From Balanoglossus misakiensis (taxonomy: Eukaryota > Animalia > Hemichordata): a DNA stretch of 64,000 nt. Shown one piece after another: positions 1-12,903 of the stretch (the first letter of the stretch is position 1; each line of letters starts with the position of its first letter). Position numbers and translations under genes: made by a program. The DNA lies in the NCBI GenBank assembly GCA_040954595.2, contig CM082583.2, positions 6,074,849-6,138,848 of the forward strand. The letters are read 5' to 3'. The notes below the pieces were generated by a model. The model was not told the origin of the DNA and searched no databases. It worked only from the letters and a program-made list of their open reading frames with translations.

Positions 1-3000
1 GGCACGCCAGCCATATGATTAATGAAGCCACACATTCGCGGGAAGCCAACGAGTGCTTGCAGTTCCTGACATGCGAATTGCAAGATTTTGCACCACGCGA
101 GTGCCGACACTTGCAGTTGAAGCCTTACATCGTAACGAAGGAATAAGGACTGATACTGAGCTGATATTCTGCGCACCTCAATGTGTTGGCTGACGAGCCG
201 CGCCGGTGTAGTGAGATCACGTGAAGCCCTTCTTGAACGGAATCATCGGGGTGTTCTCTTTGTTGCACGTGCGCTAATTCCTTTGCTCGAAGGGGCGAAC
301 GCGTGGCAGATTCTTGGTTGATTACTCTGTCGCCATGGAGATTGTTGACGTGGGAACAATGAAATCCGACTGCAAAGACCTCGCCGCGTTACCGACCATT
401 TTATTGAGGAGTGGTTAGGCTTGCATGTAGCCGTATCCATCACCCCCACCCCCGATCCGTCAACTTCTGACGGACGCCCACTGAAAAAATCACTTGAGCG
501 ATTTGCGTTTCTGGTCAGTAGGAATCAGCCAACCCATGTTGCCGTCAAAACCAATGTGACCAAACATCGGTGATTCAAGTTGTTAGTCACCTTCACAACT
601 TTGAGTAGTGTATGGCGTCAAGCTTTTGAATTGACACATTGGGGGCACTAATAAGACACGGGCATGAGACAACTGAGAAAGTTGATCAACGTCACAGATA
701 CATGTACATGCACAGTCCAGAAACCATGAACTTACAGTGCAAGTGAATATGGACGTGACTATCACCGATCAATGAAGTTATTTTAAGGCACACTATTGTC
801 ATCATCTCTCAAAGTAACGCTGTCGCACCCAACAAGTCGCCTATTGTAACCATCTCTCTATAGCCCCGAGATCGCATGCAATATTCTATCCGCATTCGAA
901 ACGTCATCGATATTCAATACCCTCATGGAATCAAAGCTCATCTAACCAAGGGACCCTTAAGCGAATTGCCTTAATGTCAGACGTTGTCGAGCACAAACAA
1001 ATATCAAGATTTGTATGATAAACAAAGCAAACGGTGACATATAAAAGCCATCATTCGTGTACAGCGTAAAACTTGATTCATCGCTATCGTAATTTTGTAG
1101 AATATGTCACTGCCTTCCTTTTGAAGTCTTTTTCGTAATTTATTTATCCCTCTGAACATTCACTATACATTCACTTTTTCCCCGTGGTTAGGTTCTTCAC
1201 GGCAATTTGTCAAAACAGAACAGTTATCCTTTCCATGAGCTAACAAACCCTGGCGCCATATTAAAATATTGAAGCAAAATCTGTAAGATGTGCCCGAAAG
1301 ACTATAACTCCTATTCATTTTTTTCTCTTAATTTATAGTTTTCGGTCACCTAATCCCCCTTTTCGTAGACGATACGTCTCCCGTTTCTTAGAACACTAAG
1401 AGAGTCTCAATGAAGTTCATTATATATACATGTATGTATTACTGAGTCTACACAATCAAACAATACACCCTGCTAACAAGCCTACACCGTAAACTACCTG
1501 TAATTTCATCCTTTTAAAGCACGCTACACGTATGTCTCATTGAATTTACAAGCTACATGTTTAAATTTTATGATTCCTATTCATGGCAGGTCTACATATA
1601 CGGATACAAACTTATCTTGATCTGGCTTTGAGCAATGCTGACGACTATATCTTTGAACCTGGACGTGATTTGTATAAAAGAGTTCATTTAACTGACATCA
1701 CACGGGCGTTTCAAGCACTGGCGGTTAGGAATGACTTTTCTCACATTCCCGAACGCCAGGAGTGCGAGAAGGACGATGCGAGATCAAATCGAACTACATG
1801 TAATAATTTTGCATATTCGATTTATATGACACGAGCGATGATTGGATAATGAATGTTCAGTTACTGTAACATGTATCTGTCCACGCCGATATGCTGGAAT
1901 GTCACAAGAAATGACATGCGACGAATCAATATGTTTTGCCGCGTAAAGAAAGAATCGCTCAAACGACCGCTGGATACAGGATACGACTGGAGGAAATATT
2001 GACAAAACCCCCACCCACACAGCAAATTGCCTTATTTCCTGTTGTCCGTTCCCGAACAAGACGACATCAACAACAGAACTATTGTGAAAATACATCAGGG
2101 TCTCTGCATGGTAAATTGGAGCCAATTACGGGACCGCCGAGCCATGTAAATGCAGTGCGCTAAATGCAGCGAGGGACGCAACATGGTATTTACTTTGAAA
2201 TACCATCCAATAATGGAAAATTAAAAACCTACATACATTCGATACATAATTCACTTTGAATCAATATCAAATTAGCGCGTGTTTACTTGTCAAACAAAAG
2301 GTAAACACAAAATGCTTGCCACAAACACAAAGGAGCCTGCACGCAATACGAACAAAATACAGGCCTGCGTGTGTTGTCGGAGTCGATAATCGGCGCGCAT
2401 CATGTAACTGGCCTTATCTGATCATCACGCATGGGAGATGTGCTGCTTTTTATTGATTTCAAGTCGCCATGAAGATAAGAGAGCACGTCAGATGAGAATG
2501 TACACATATTGGAAATGTCAAACGTAGCCGGACATCAATTTTCGGTGTCGACCTTTCGCCGTGTTGACAGCAAAAGCGGATATGATACCACCCGAGGGGC
2601 TGCGATCCCGCGGAAGATATTTAACTACTAATTGTGCTCAGCGAACGCAGATAATGCTAGGCTCAGACACACGCGCAGTGACGTAATTCATAGAAGATAT
2701 CCTAAAACAGCGTTTACAATCAGTCCCTTTATATCTTGGTTTGCGTCACCGTGGATTTCATGGCGGGAAGAATTCTTGAATCCTACCCGAGGGCCCTGAG
2801 ACTGTTGCGTCATCTCCAGAACATTTTACACAGCGGGGGTCATCTGCTCTTCGAAATGTATGTATGTATTTCACAGAGGATGACAATATAAAACAAAGGT
2901 TCTTAGAGCTTCTGAAGTTTCATCGAAATTCCGAAAACAGTAAATGCCATGTTATTTATCTTGATTATTTGTAGCCTTTTATCAGCGTTTGTTTTCCCCC

Positions 3001-5830
3001 GAGTCCCAACGGTATCCACACGGCATCCTTATGTGCATGCAATTGTCCTAAATATTAGATGTTGTCTCTTTGGCTACCCTGTACATGTATGCCGTTAAGA
3101 CAAGGTCTGTTTTTCTACAGAGGGATACTCCGTAAGGTCAAATGCTTTCCTCTATGATTTATGGTGTTTCAAGACCGAACAGGGACAGCGATTCGGTGCA
3201 AGATTCGTCATGTTTTATCATTGTCACCATCACTGAGCCATCAAACTTTCATGCCTTAGTGATGTGCCGATTTCAGGATTAACGACGGCAATAATTTGAG
3301 AAGTTAACTAGGATACGTTATTGCGCGTTTGAGACTTGTGTCCGCCCGAGGATCTGTTTTTCTTAGTCTGGGAGACCGCAGTCTCAATAAAACACGTTCG
3401 GCGCTCCTAAACAACCGCCACAGGATGATTTGTCAATGGGGGTCTACACTTAAACTTTCTACTGAGGACTCATTACGAAATAGACCTATAAAATTACAGC
3501 AATGATCAAAATACCACGCTTCGCATCGCGTGTCCTTGACGTGTCCTTCAAAGAATACATATGGCAAGGGTCTCGTGGTACATCGTTATGAAATGTTCGT
3601 CAAATAAACATATTACAGGTTTTCCATTTATACAAATATTTTCCGATTTATATACGTATTTTGCATCAAAACTTGCATCTTAACGTTAAACGGAACAACA
3701 TTAATACGCATACGCATGCATATACTCGTAGGCCTATGTCACTTCGCTATTGCCAGCCGTACGCATCATGTACGTGTAACCAAACCTCTCTATAACGTGT
3801 AGTTGTATTATTACCGTACGCATTTGAATAAAATTATACTGTTATGTCATAGCACACTTGTTAGTTCATTCGGTACAGCATTCGGACTGAATTCGCGAAA
3901 CGTGAGTTCCAGACCGATTATGCAAAGGTCACCCTTTTCAGAACACACGCCAGACAGAATACCGTACTGTGTATCTGATAAACAGCGCTTCCAATATGCA
4001 CCGCTGGGGGCCAGAACCATGAAACTCGGTATTGGGATATGCGCGTTTTTTTACGATGTCTGCATGTTTGCACATAGTCGCTTGTCTATGGAAACGAAGT
4101 GCCAAGAAATGGTATTCAGATTTCTCGAGACCTATAATGGCTCAAAGCGGTAATTTGCTGGTCCTCTTGATTGAACAGCCCCGGTTCCATATATCACAGG
4201 TCCAGTTAAAATGGAGATGGATGTAACTATAGGTCACCGATGTAAACCAAGTTACAAGTCATCATAAAGCAACGTGCTAGTTTATGATGCTAATATTATT
4301 GATATCGTAACCTGTAATCTATTTCCCTTTCAGAACTAAACGAGTAATAAACATTAATTAATTATATATACTAACTTCGTCAATGGGCGTGATAAATAGT
4401 TCCGCCACTTCCGCCATCGAGCGACGAAAATATAATATACAAGAGAAGGAACATAGAAAACGTTTGATAAGTGAGAGCGGAGAAAAGCTCTCCGGGGTAG
4501 GTTTTTTTTATTCCAACATAACATATTACTATACCCACAAGTAAATAACGAGCGAGAACATAGACACACATATGCATTTACATGTACCTACACAGACCTA
4601 CTTACGTTTGTACTTCGCAAAAAAAGTTTCGGCCCACGACTGGTTCACACAAATCGCCGTCGCGTCTTATATACTTTTATTCTATTCTCAGTAAACTTGT
4701 TCCACTACGTGCAGACAAGCAAACAGACGTGGTATGGAACATTGGCCCGCCCTGAACATCCCGAAATGGAAGACTCGTTGTTAATTTATTTTAATGTCTA
4801 ATTCAAGTGGACGATCCCTTGTTAATAATAATGGCATGCGGTTCTGCCTTCCTTTCTCATTTCTACCGCTGGCTACGCTGTGCACGGCCAATGCACAAAG
4901 TGTTCAGATCAGCGATAACAGTCTGGTACCGTTACGTCTGACCATGGCGGTATATTGGACACAGAGCATGATGTTTGACCAACAACAAGTTCAAATGCAA
5001 ACCCGATATGCAGTTCCAAGTTAGGCTCGACATGCTAACTTTGAAAGGGTCATTTTGTCATTTTGAAACGGTTATGAGAACGTGTATGGCGCATGTCTTA
5101 AAACGTATACGGTCACCTCCAATTTACATACGCCCATATATACGGCTGAAATACGGTAGATGTATTTTGAGTGTTCTAAAAGAACATATGGTGGCGCTCT
5201 TTTTCTCGCATGTGATACCAACTTGAACCTGTAATTGGCCGAGCGTGGTTCTTAGATAGGGAATTAACTACGTGGCCGAACGTGGTTCTTTGAAACTTTG
5301 TTATTGTGTGCTCATAAATTGCAGTCCTTGTCGCCATGGCAACTTGTCTAATTGACGTCATGGTCACGATGCGGCCAACTATATCATGTCGGCATACGTA
5401 ACGTGGGAGACATAAGGGAGTGAGAAAAACCCTTGGATTCACTAATATTGCATAACATAAAAAGTCTCAGGAGCGATCCGAAATACGAGTGGGCCCTGGG
5501 GCCACAGCAGATACGGCCCACAGAACACAATTACAGAGGGATGTAGCATCCGCCCCACAGAACGCGTCTATTGGGATCGTATATCAGAGCGCCATGAATG
5601 CGATTGCGCCTCATGTATCCAGCGCGCAAGACATAAATCCATTGATAACAAGTGTGAAGTCATAAAAAATTCAGCTGTAGACGCTGAGTAAAACTAGTAT
5701 ATATATATAAATAAATGTTGACAAATTTCTGTGAGCGGATAGTTATTTATATCTCCTTATACATATAGTAAGTTGTCTTCCTTACCTTAAAGAGGCAATG
5801 TGTAGTCTTGTGTTTATCATGTATATATTG

Positions 5831-6289
5831 AACACCTATTGCCTGTCCATGAGGGCCATAGCGGCCGTTTATTACACCCGAGGGGCTGTGAGTTACCAGA
5901 ATCATATGCTATTTCCCAAGGCCGCAGGCCGAGGGAAATAGCATATGATTCTGGTAACTCACGGTCACGAGGGGGTAAAAACGGCTGCTATGGCCCGAAT
6001 ATAGGTCAGGCTATAGGTGTTTTATAATAAACCTCATGCTAACAGCTGGGAAAATCTTGCAATTTTCTCTTGAGGTTGGCAGACGACATCTTCCGCGGTG
6101 GCCATTGTGTCAGACGACGCGACGCTGATTGACGTGACCGAGTCTGTGCATGCACTCACGCTGGTCACGTGACCGGTTTATATTTTTTCTGCTATTTCCC
6201 TAGCGGTTCATAGTCGATTCTATTTTCCTATCACGTGACGGATTCTGGCGAATCACGACACAGTATTAGCATGAGGTATATTATAAAAC
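5831..6289. mobile_element. Non-autonomous palindromic (double-hairpin) repeat element, unclassified
   Basis: Hairpin 1 spans 5831-6021: perfect 30-bp stem 5888-5917/5933-5962 around GGCC-GCA-GGCC (5920-5930), with imperfect outer arms ending in aacacctat/ataggtgtt. Second inverted pair: 6019-6042 vs 6266-6289 (23/24 match). No coding capacity or clear TSD. Confidence 0.7.
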
Positions 6290-8517
6290 TACATATACAC
6301 GCACGCAAACGCTATTAGTTATATTTCTTTTACGAAAATATCTGTGTTTATACTTTATAATATTGACAAGCGCTTTTAATTTACCTGTTAATTTGACCAT
6401 GGGGCTAGGGACTAGATTAGTTCTGATAAAACTACCTCCCTCGTCCCCAGCATTAATTTTACTTTTCGATTTTACTTCACAATATTTTTGTGCTCTGTTT
6501 TTATTGTGTATCTATTTATGTCTTTACTTTTAAAACTTGTGTTCGTGTTTGTGTCAAACGGTGATTTAAAGAATTGTAGATGGTGGACGGGCGTCAATTA
6601 TGAACTAAATCACATGGATATATTTTCAATCACACTATTGGGTTTTGAAGGCAGGACTTAACAGAGACGTGCATCGTGCCTCCCAGTCACCTTTGTTGAA
6701 CCACAGCGTGGTTGAACGTGAAATTGGCTTCTTATTGCGTGGCTTCTCTCATTAAATCCTTACAGTGACAGCATTCATTCATTCATTCATACAGTGAAAC
6801 TTTGACCTCAAAGAGCTCGAGCACTTACTTGACTGGCGTATTCTATCTTCCGTATAGCTGAGTGCGGCTGTCTCCCGACTTGCAACTAATTTCAGAGACC
6901 GTGTATAACCTTCGAGTTAAAAACCCGTATGATGCGTCAGTCTAGCTTCTTCGTTGCCATGCAGTCTGAGAAAAAAAGCAAAGGAAAAAAAGCGTCAATA
7001 TCATTTCTGATTTATAACTCTCACAGGTGCTCAGTGTAACATTATCTGCAAAATATAATTCGAACCCATGATTTCAATAATGCAGAGCATTTAGACTCCA
7101 AACACACACACCATGGTCGACTCGATTTACATATGAGGTGTCAAAATTAATATTAACTCTTTGTGCCGTGAAAGTACTAACCACCTCAACATCATTATAT
7201 TACCAAAATTCTATGTACATAATATTATGTTTCTGGCTTAATTGCGTCCAAGTCACTCGGGGAACCTTATTAAAAACCGGCGGCAATCGATATTTCCAAA
7301 AGCACTTTCCATTGCTGTTGACAGTCACGGCATGAAGGGGCTATAACGTTGATAGCACACACCGTGGACATAAAGTATATAGTAGATATTGCGCGTATTA
7401 AAGTATCCTATTGATTTCCAGTAAACTTATCTGGGTAGCTCTATAAATTGTATTTAATCAACACAAGAACGGGAACCTCGGTGTATTATTCCGTGACACT
7501 ATCTAAAAATCACTCTGCCGACTTCCTTCGGACTAATTTTGTAGTCTGCGTGGTTCACATTACAGGCTGTGCTGTCTATCCAACGAAGTCAGCAACGTTC
7601 TGAGCCCCAAGGGTATTTTCGAATCTAAGGAACCCGCATTGAGACTTTAACAGACGCAGCAGAAATCCTACAATATTTAAATATAAATCAACTCCATTTC
7701 GCATTTTAATCTGCTATTTGCTGCCTAGAATCAGAACTGGGGGTAACAGGGTTCATAGCGCCTAAGCGAACGCCGACGGGGGAGCGAGGGGGGGGGGGTG
7801 ATGGTAGTAGAAAGTTAACATCCTTGAAAATGAACGCGCTCTTTTGCTAGATTCGCCATTTCTGCGATAAATTGACTACATCTGCATTGAACCGAATTAT
7901 ACCCCATAGCAATTAAACGATACTAGCTTGAATGTATCATTTCAATTTGCCAGGATGCACGGCAGAACTGATTAAGTCCCTGATGGAAATATGCATGGCG
8001 ATTTTGTACGGGTTACCCAAATGATCTCTGCATGACTCGTCTATTTCCAACATGATATCACATTGGTGATTATAGAAAGGTCTATCCAGCGTATGGTGTG
8101 TCGGTCAAAGCATATCGAGATTAGTGTCGAATTTGAATAACATGAATGTAAACAGTTGTACGCATATATATTAAAATTTTACCCAGTCTCAGATCAGCTT
8201 ATTTCAAAAAGGAGAAAACTAAGCACAATATTCAAATCAGTCGATATGTACATGTAATTGTATCTCGGATAATCGAAATGAAACGTATTCACGACCGAGC
8301 TTGTCACTGTGACAGTTTTACTGAACTTAAAATGTTTTAACAACTTTTAATCAACACGAGTTCATGTTATCGATTTTGTCTGGAGTTTTCTGTCGACTCG
8401 GGAACTTAAGTAAGTCTAAGTATATGCCTGTCCTATATTTAGACCAGTGGACACAAGCCTGTTTTTGTGATCGAAATCGTCAAACAGAAATGTTTCTTCT
8501 CCCATCGCAAAATTTAA

Positions 8518-8745
8518 AGGGCAACAATCATCTTATGCGCATGTGCCAAACCAGAGACTCTGATTTGAGCAATTTAATGCAGTCAATTCCATAAGGCAAC
8601 GTGCTGTTCTAACAACAGAAAAGATTGCAAAGGTAGTCCACTATATAAATGCGTCAAACGCAATATTTGCAGAACATTTGGATTGCAATTTGGATTGTTT
8701 GTACACACGAAATAACGCACATGCGCATAACACGATCACCGGCCT
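8518..8745. mobile_element. TTAA-flanked MITE (Kolobok/piggyBac-type target), 228 bp
   Basis: TTAA at 8514-8517 and 8746-8749. 29-bp imperfect TIRs (8518-8546 vs 8717-8745, 22/29, inner 14 bp ttatgcgcatgtgc perfect). AG...CT termini. A second homologous copy lies at 11250-11355. Confidence 0.65.
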
Positions 8746-8911
8746 TTAAAATAACAGTGAGTGATGCAGTGAATGCTCCCTAACTTAGTTGATATTCATA
8801 TGACATTTTTGCCCTATTTTTCCTTGGTTTGGACTGCTGTGTGGCGAAATCAAGATGAAATCAGAGTTTTTAAATGTCACCAACTGTACTATTTCCTCGC
8901 CCTGCAGTATA

Positions 8912-9338
8912 CAGCCGAAATTATGAAAGGTCGCCGATTCAATATGTGATCTAGACGTCCTGTGTGCACTGAACACACGATGTGTTTATCTAACACAAAC
9001 AACAGAACCTCTCATAAAAGAGATGCGGTATCATTAGACTAATTACAGATGGTAGTCTGGAAACACGCTCCCCCTCAGAGAGAGTTGTTTACTTGGGTAC
9101 ACTCTCAACATAAAGCGTATACACTTTGAGATTAAACTTTGACATCCGTGTTACAAGTAAACAACTCTCTCTGAGGGGGAGCCGTGTTTCCAGACTACCA
9201 TCTGTAATTAGTCTAATGATACCGCATCTCATTTATGAGAGGTTCTGTTGTTTGTGTTAGATAAACACATCGTGTGTTCAGTGCACACAGGACGTCTAGA
9301 TCACATATTGAATCGGCGACCTTTCATAATTTCGGCTG
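8912..9338. mobile_element. Foldback MITE, Tc1/mariner-type ends, 427 bp
   Basis: Inverted arms 8912-9095 and 9154-9338 (about 184 bp; I see only one substitution and one 1-bp indel), 58-bp spacer, termini CAGCCG...CGGCTG, TA on both sides (8910-8911, 9339-9340). It also explains the two track ORFs with identical N-termini (MFSAHRTSRSH...) on opposite strands. Confidence 0.9.
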
Positions 9339-11249
9339 TAAGTACATGCACTCGCCTGTTCTTGGCGGGAGAGAGCGTTTCATCTCACCCGAATGTAGAT
9401 TAAATCACCGACGTGATAAAAGACACTTTCAATCGATTAAGTGGGAAAATAATCGAACGTGCGCACCATGGAGAAAATATGATATTATATCATTACACAG
9501 TTTAGCCATTCATTGTATAAATATTAAGATTAAATCCCTAACACTCAATCTAGACGTTTAACAACATGCAAGGGTGGCCGCTAATGCAAAACCACTCGCG
9601 GAATAAACTCATTAATAGTAGTATATTGACGTCTTTGCAACTATCGCGCGATTTGAAACAACAATTTATTATTTTCTATAAATGTAATTGATTAAACTCC
9701 ACTGAGGCGTTGGTAAGCTCAAATGAAGGTAAATGAGCGGCTTGATGGGCCAGTTTATGAATTATATCGTTACGTTAAACTCGTTGGACTGCATCGCAAT
9801 GAAAACCTATAATCAACTACTTCAAAAGCATTTGACATCTAAAAGCAGCAGCCATCAAGCGCTGATAGTCAAACCATATCACACGAATCTCCTGAATGTT
9901 GCATGCGACTTCAAGAACTGAATGAAAGATTAGAAGTTGTTCGGCGAGGCGGCCATCACACGTGATATCGCCGTGAACAGAATAAATAAACAATATGTAG
10001 TTTATTTTGAGTGTGTTTAACTTATTATATGTTTACACCATGAATCACTGTCTTTTTACATTTATCACTATTTTAGCTTTTGCATGTACGTGTAGTATTG
10101 ACGATTTTTTGTCAATTTTCGAAAGCTTTGGCTATCATAGACATTTTTAACATCAGTGCTAACAAACATAGGTCGCATGTAAAAATGCAATATTCGACTC
10201 TCCTCACAATATACATTTACATGTACACGTATGTTTTAATAGTCTACTAATAATTTTATTTGATATTTATTTAATTCCACAGTATTGGTAGGGATTATCG
10301 CTAGCTGAAAACATCTATTAGTCGGCTAACCATTTGAGAGCCCAGTCACAGCATAAAATTGGAGTTTAGGAATCAGCGAATCGAGAATGAAACGAATTTT
10401 ACATCTGACTTTTCGCGTGTACCTTCAGGCTTGATTACATTGGTGACGTAAGCTATTAACTCTTGGTGTAGATGGTGCTTTTAACTGGCAATTCTTCGAC
10501 AAGTACTTAATCACGTTCTCAGCATTCATAAATTACAGGGAGCACAACACGGACAATACCACATTCAGGGTTTTCCCTGTAGAATTCGACAATATTTATG
10601 TACTGGTGGTGAGTCAGTGTCCTAAAAGTCAGAATAGTACTCATCTGCGTTACATCATTGCGCGTATATGTGACCACCGTAGAGAACCAGAGCGTGAAAG
10701 GTAAAATGTGTGATTACGGTATAGATTGCCGAAGGTCATATATAATCGGGCTGTTAAGGGGCGAACCATAGAGAAGCCTTGTCTCTAAAATTTACAAGTT
10801 CACTGATTGCCTCGTTAATGTGTCCTAGGTCTGCACACTATACCGGTTATTTATCGGTCGTTTCAACATTTCCCGTCATCACACCGATCCTGACTTCTGG
10901 CTCCGACGAAGAAGCGCAGATAAAAATGCCGCGAACCTTAACTAAGACATAATACGTTTTCCTATGCGGATTTCCTGAAACGCGTTTTCTTCCGTAGTGT
11001 GCGCCTCTCCTAGGTTAACATGCGGAAAAGAAAATTTGGTCCGAAGTTACAGGAAATCACGTTGAACAGTAAAGGCCCGCGATCATCTTGAGCGCATGCG
11101 CGTAACTTCGATGCATTCAAATGGTGGACTGCCTTCGCTTCCTTCCATATTTCATGCGCACCGTATAAGTAGACCTTAGTTTTGTCACTTCTTTTCACCC
11201 AATCTGCTGTCTTTTCCCGATCTCCTACACAGACTATGGTCGCGGCCAC

Positions 11250-11355
11250 CATCTTGTGTTCTTAGGACAGCACCCTGCCTTATGGCATTGACTGTATACA
11301 CATTTTGTAACCAGAGTCTCTGGTTTGGCACATGCGCATAAACGATCGTCATACT
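11250..11355 (-). repeat. Inverted partial copy of the 8518-8745 TTAA MITE
   Basis: 11312-11341 is the exact reverse complement of 8533-8562 (30 bp). Diverged homology continues to about 11250 and outward to a TTAA at 11356-11359. Confidence 0.75.
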
Positions 11356-12887
11356 TTAATGTGGTGAAAGCTAGTTAGCAATCCAATCGGAAGTTCGTGT
11401 TTAGAAATGCAAGACGCACTCTTTAGTGACCACGTTTAGTGTTTGTTATCGAGGCGATTACTGCCTGGCTCATGCGGTATCTCGGTGGTCATAAACCACA
11501 ACCCTACTGAGACAGGAGCTTGCTCATTCAATAAAGTGGCTGTTCATTAACCTAATAGGCACAGTGCAAAAATTACTGCCACGATTTACTATCCCCGTTT
11601 AAAATAGAAAATATATGGAAAATTTAACGAAGTATGATTGCTCCACATTGTCGAAATGAAACCTTGGCCGTCATATTTCTGATTTTTCTAATCCCAGCAA
11701 ATCCGCGGGGAACTTCCGTATCCTGTTAAATACAACGCTTGTCGTGCACAGCTACCCTACCGGAGTAGTCAGTCACGATTTCGCTTTTATGCAAACTGTC
11801 TTAACTAACAAGGCACGGAGGAGCCCGGCACCAGATGGAACATGCATGAGTGCTGCCAAGCATTTAATTTCACAGAGTGGGGAGACGGTGCCTCTTTAAG
11901 GATACTGAATTCGGTCACACCACTGTCTCGCCACGAGACTTCGGTCGCACCCGTACAAGGCCGGGCCGGTCAACAATCACTCAGGTCAGAGTGACGTGCT
12001 CCTCTCAAGTGCCGTGCAGTGTCCCACGTGAGATCTGGGATCATGACTCTACATATACCAGTGCACACCTGGCTGAATAATATTATAATGACCAAATTCA
12101 CCTGTTGTTTTTTTGGAAAAGACATTGAAACGTATGGCCTTTGACATGCAAATATAAATCGTCTGGAAGCAAACTGGTCTGCTTCTCTCGACCAAGCGTA
12201 CAAAACGAAATATGGGGTTCCGCGACAATGTGACGCAATGGTTTTATCACTAAGCCGTCCAAATTCGGAGTCGGTGGATCTCTATGCCGCTCGATCTACA
12301 AACTCAGAACACAATTCGTAAGAGCGTTTATTCGCAAGATTGCGCGATTTCGTCGGCATTTGATTTAATTATCGACAATTTTGTTTCCGCCGTTCCGCGA
12401 AAAACCAATGTCGCGGAAAGTTATCGCCACGGTCCGGAAGGAAATCAACATACTGGCCGGCAAGTAACTACACGTGAATACAAATTGAATGGTCTTGAAG
12501 GGAAAACAACGGCGTATTTTACAGAATGTTGAAGTTGGTGGTCGGTATCTTCATTCGTTTGGTGTGCTGCATATAAAGTTATGGTCTGTTTACGTTACTG
12601 ATAAATGCTTTTGCGTTCAGGCATACTTACAACATGCATGACCATCAATAAAATATAATATCTACAGTTGTCGTCTATTTGAATGTTGGCTGGGTGGAGT
12701 TGAAAAGGGCTATGTACTATGCCAATGGTATATTACAGGCACTAACCTTTTGAAAGCACAGTTGACGTTTCAGAAGCGTGCGATGAGAATAAACCGGGTA
12801 CCCCTAGGCGATTATGAAAATGAACCTGACGCCCTTTGACCTCGACGTGTATTCAGCACTTCCTGATTCAGTGCAAACCTGTCGACG

Positions 12888-12903
12888 TGGCGCCCTCTAG
12901 CGA
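12888..12903 (-). promoter_or_regulatory. CTCF-like motif
   Basis: tggcgccctctagcga reads TCGCTAGAGGGCGCCA on the minus strand, close to the bilaterian CTCF core CCASYAGRKGGCRS. Motif match only. Confidence 0.4.
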
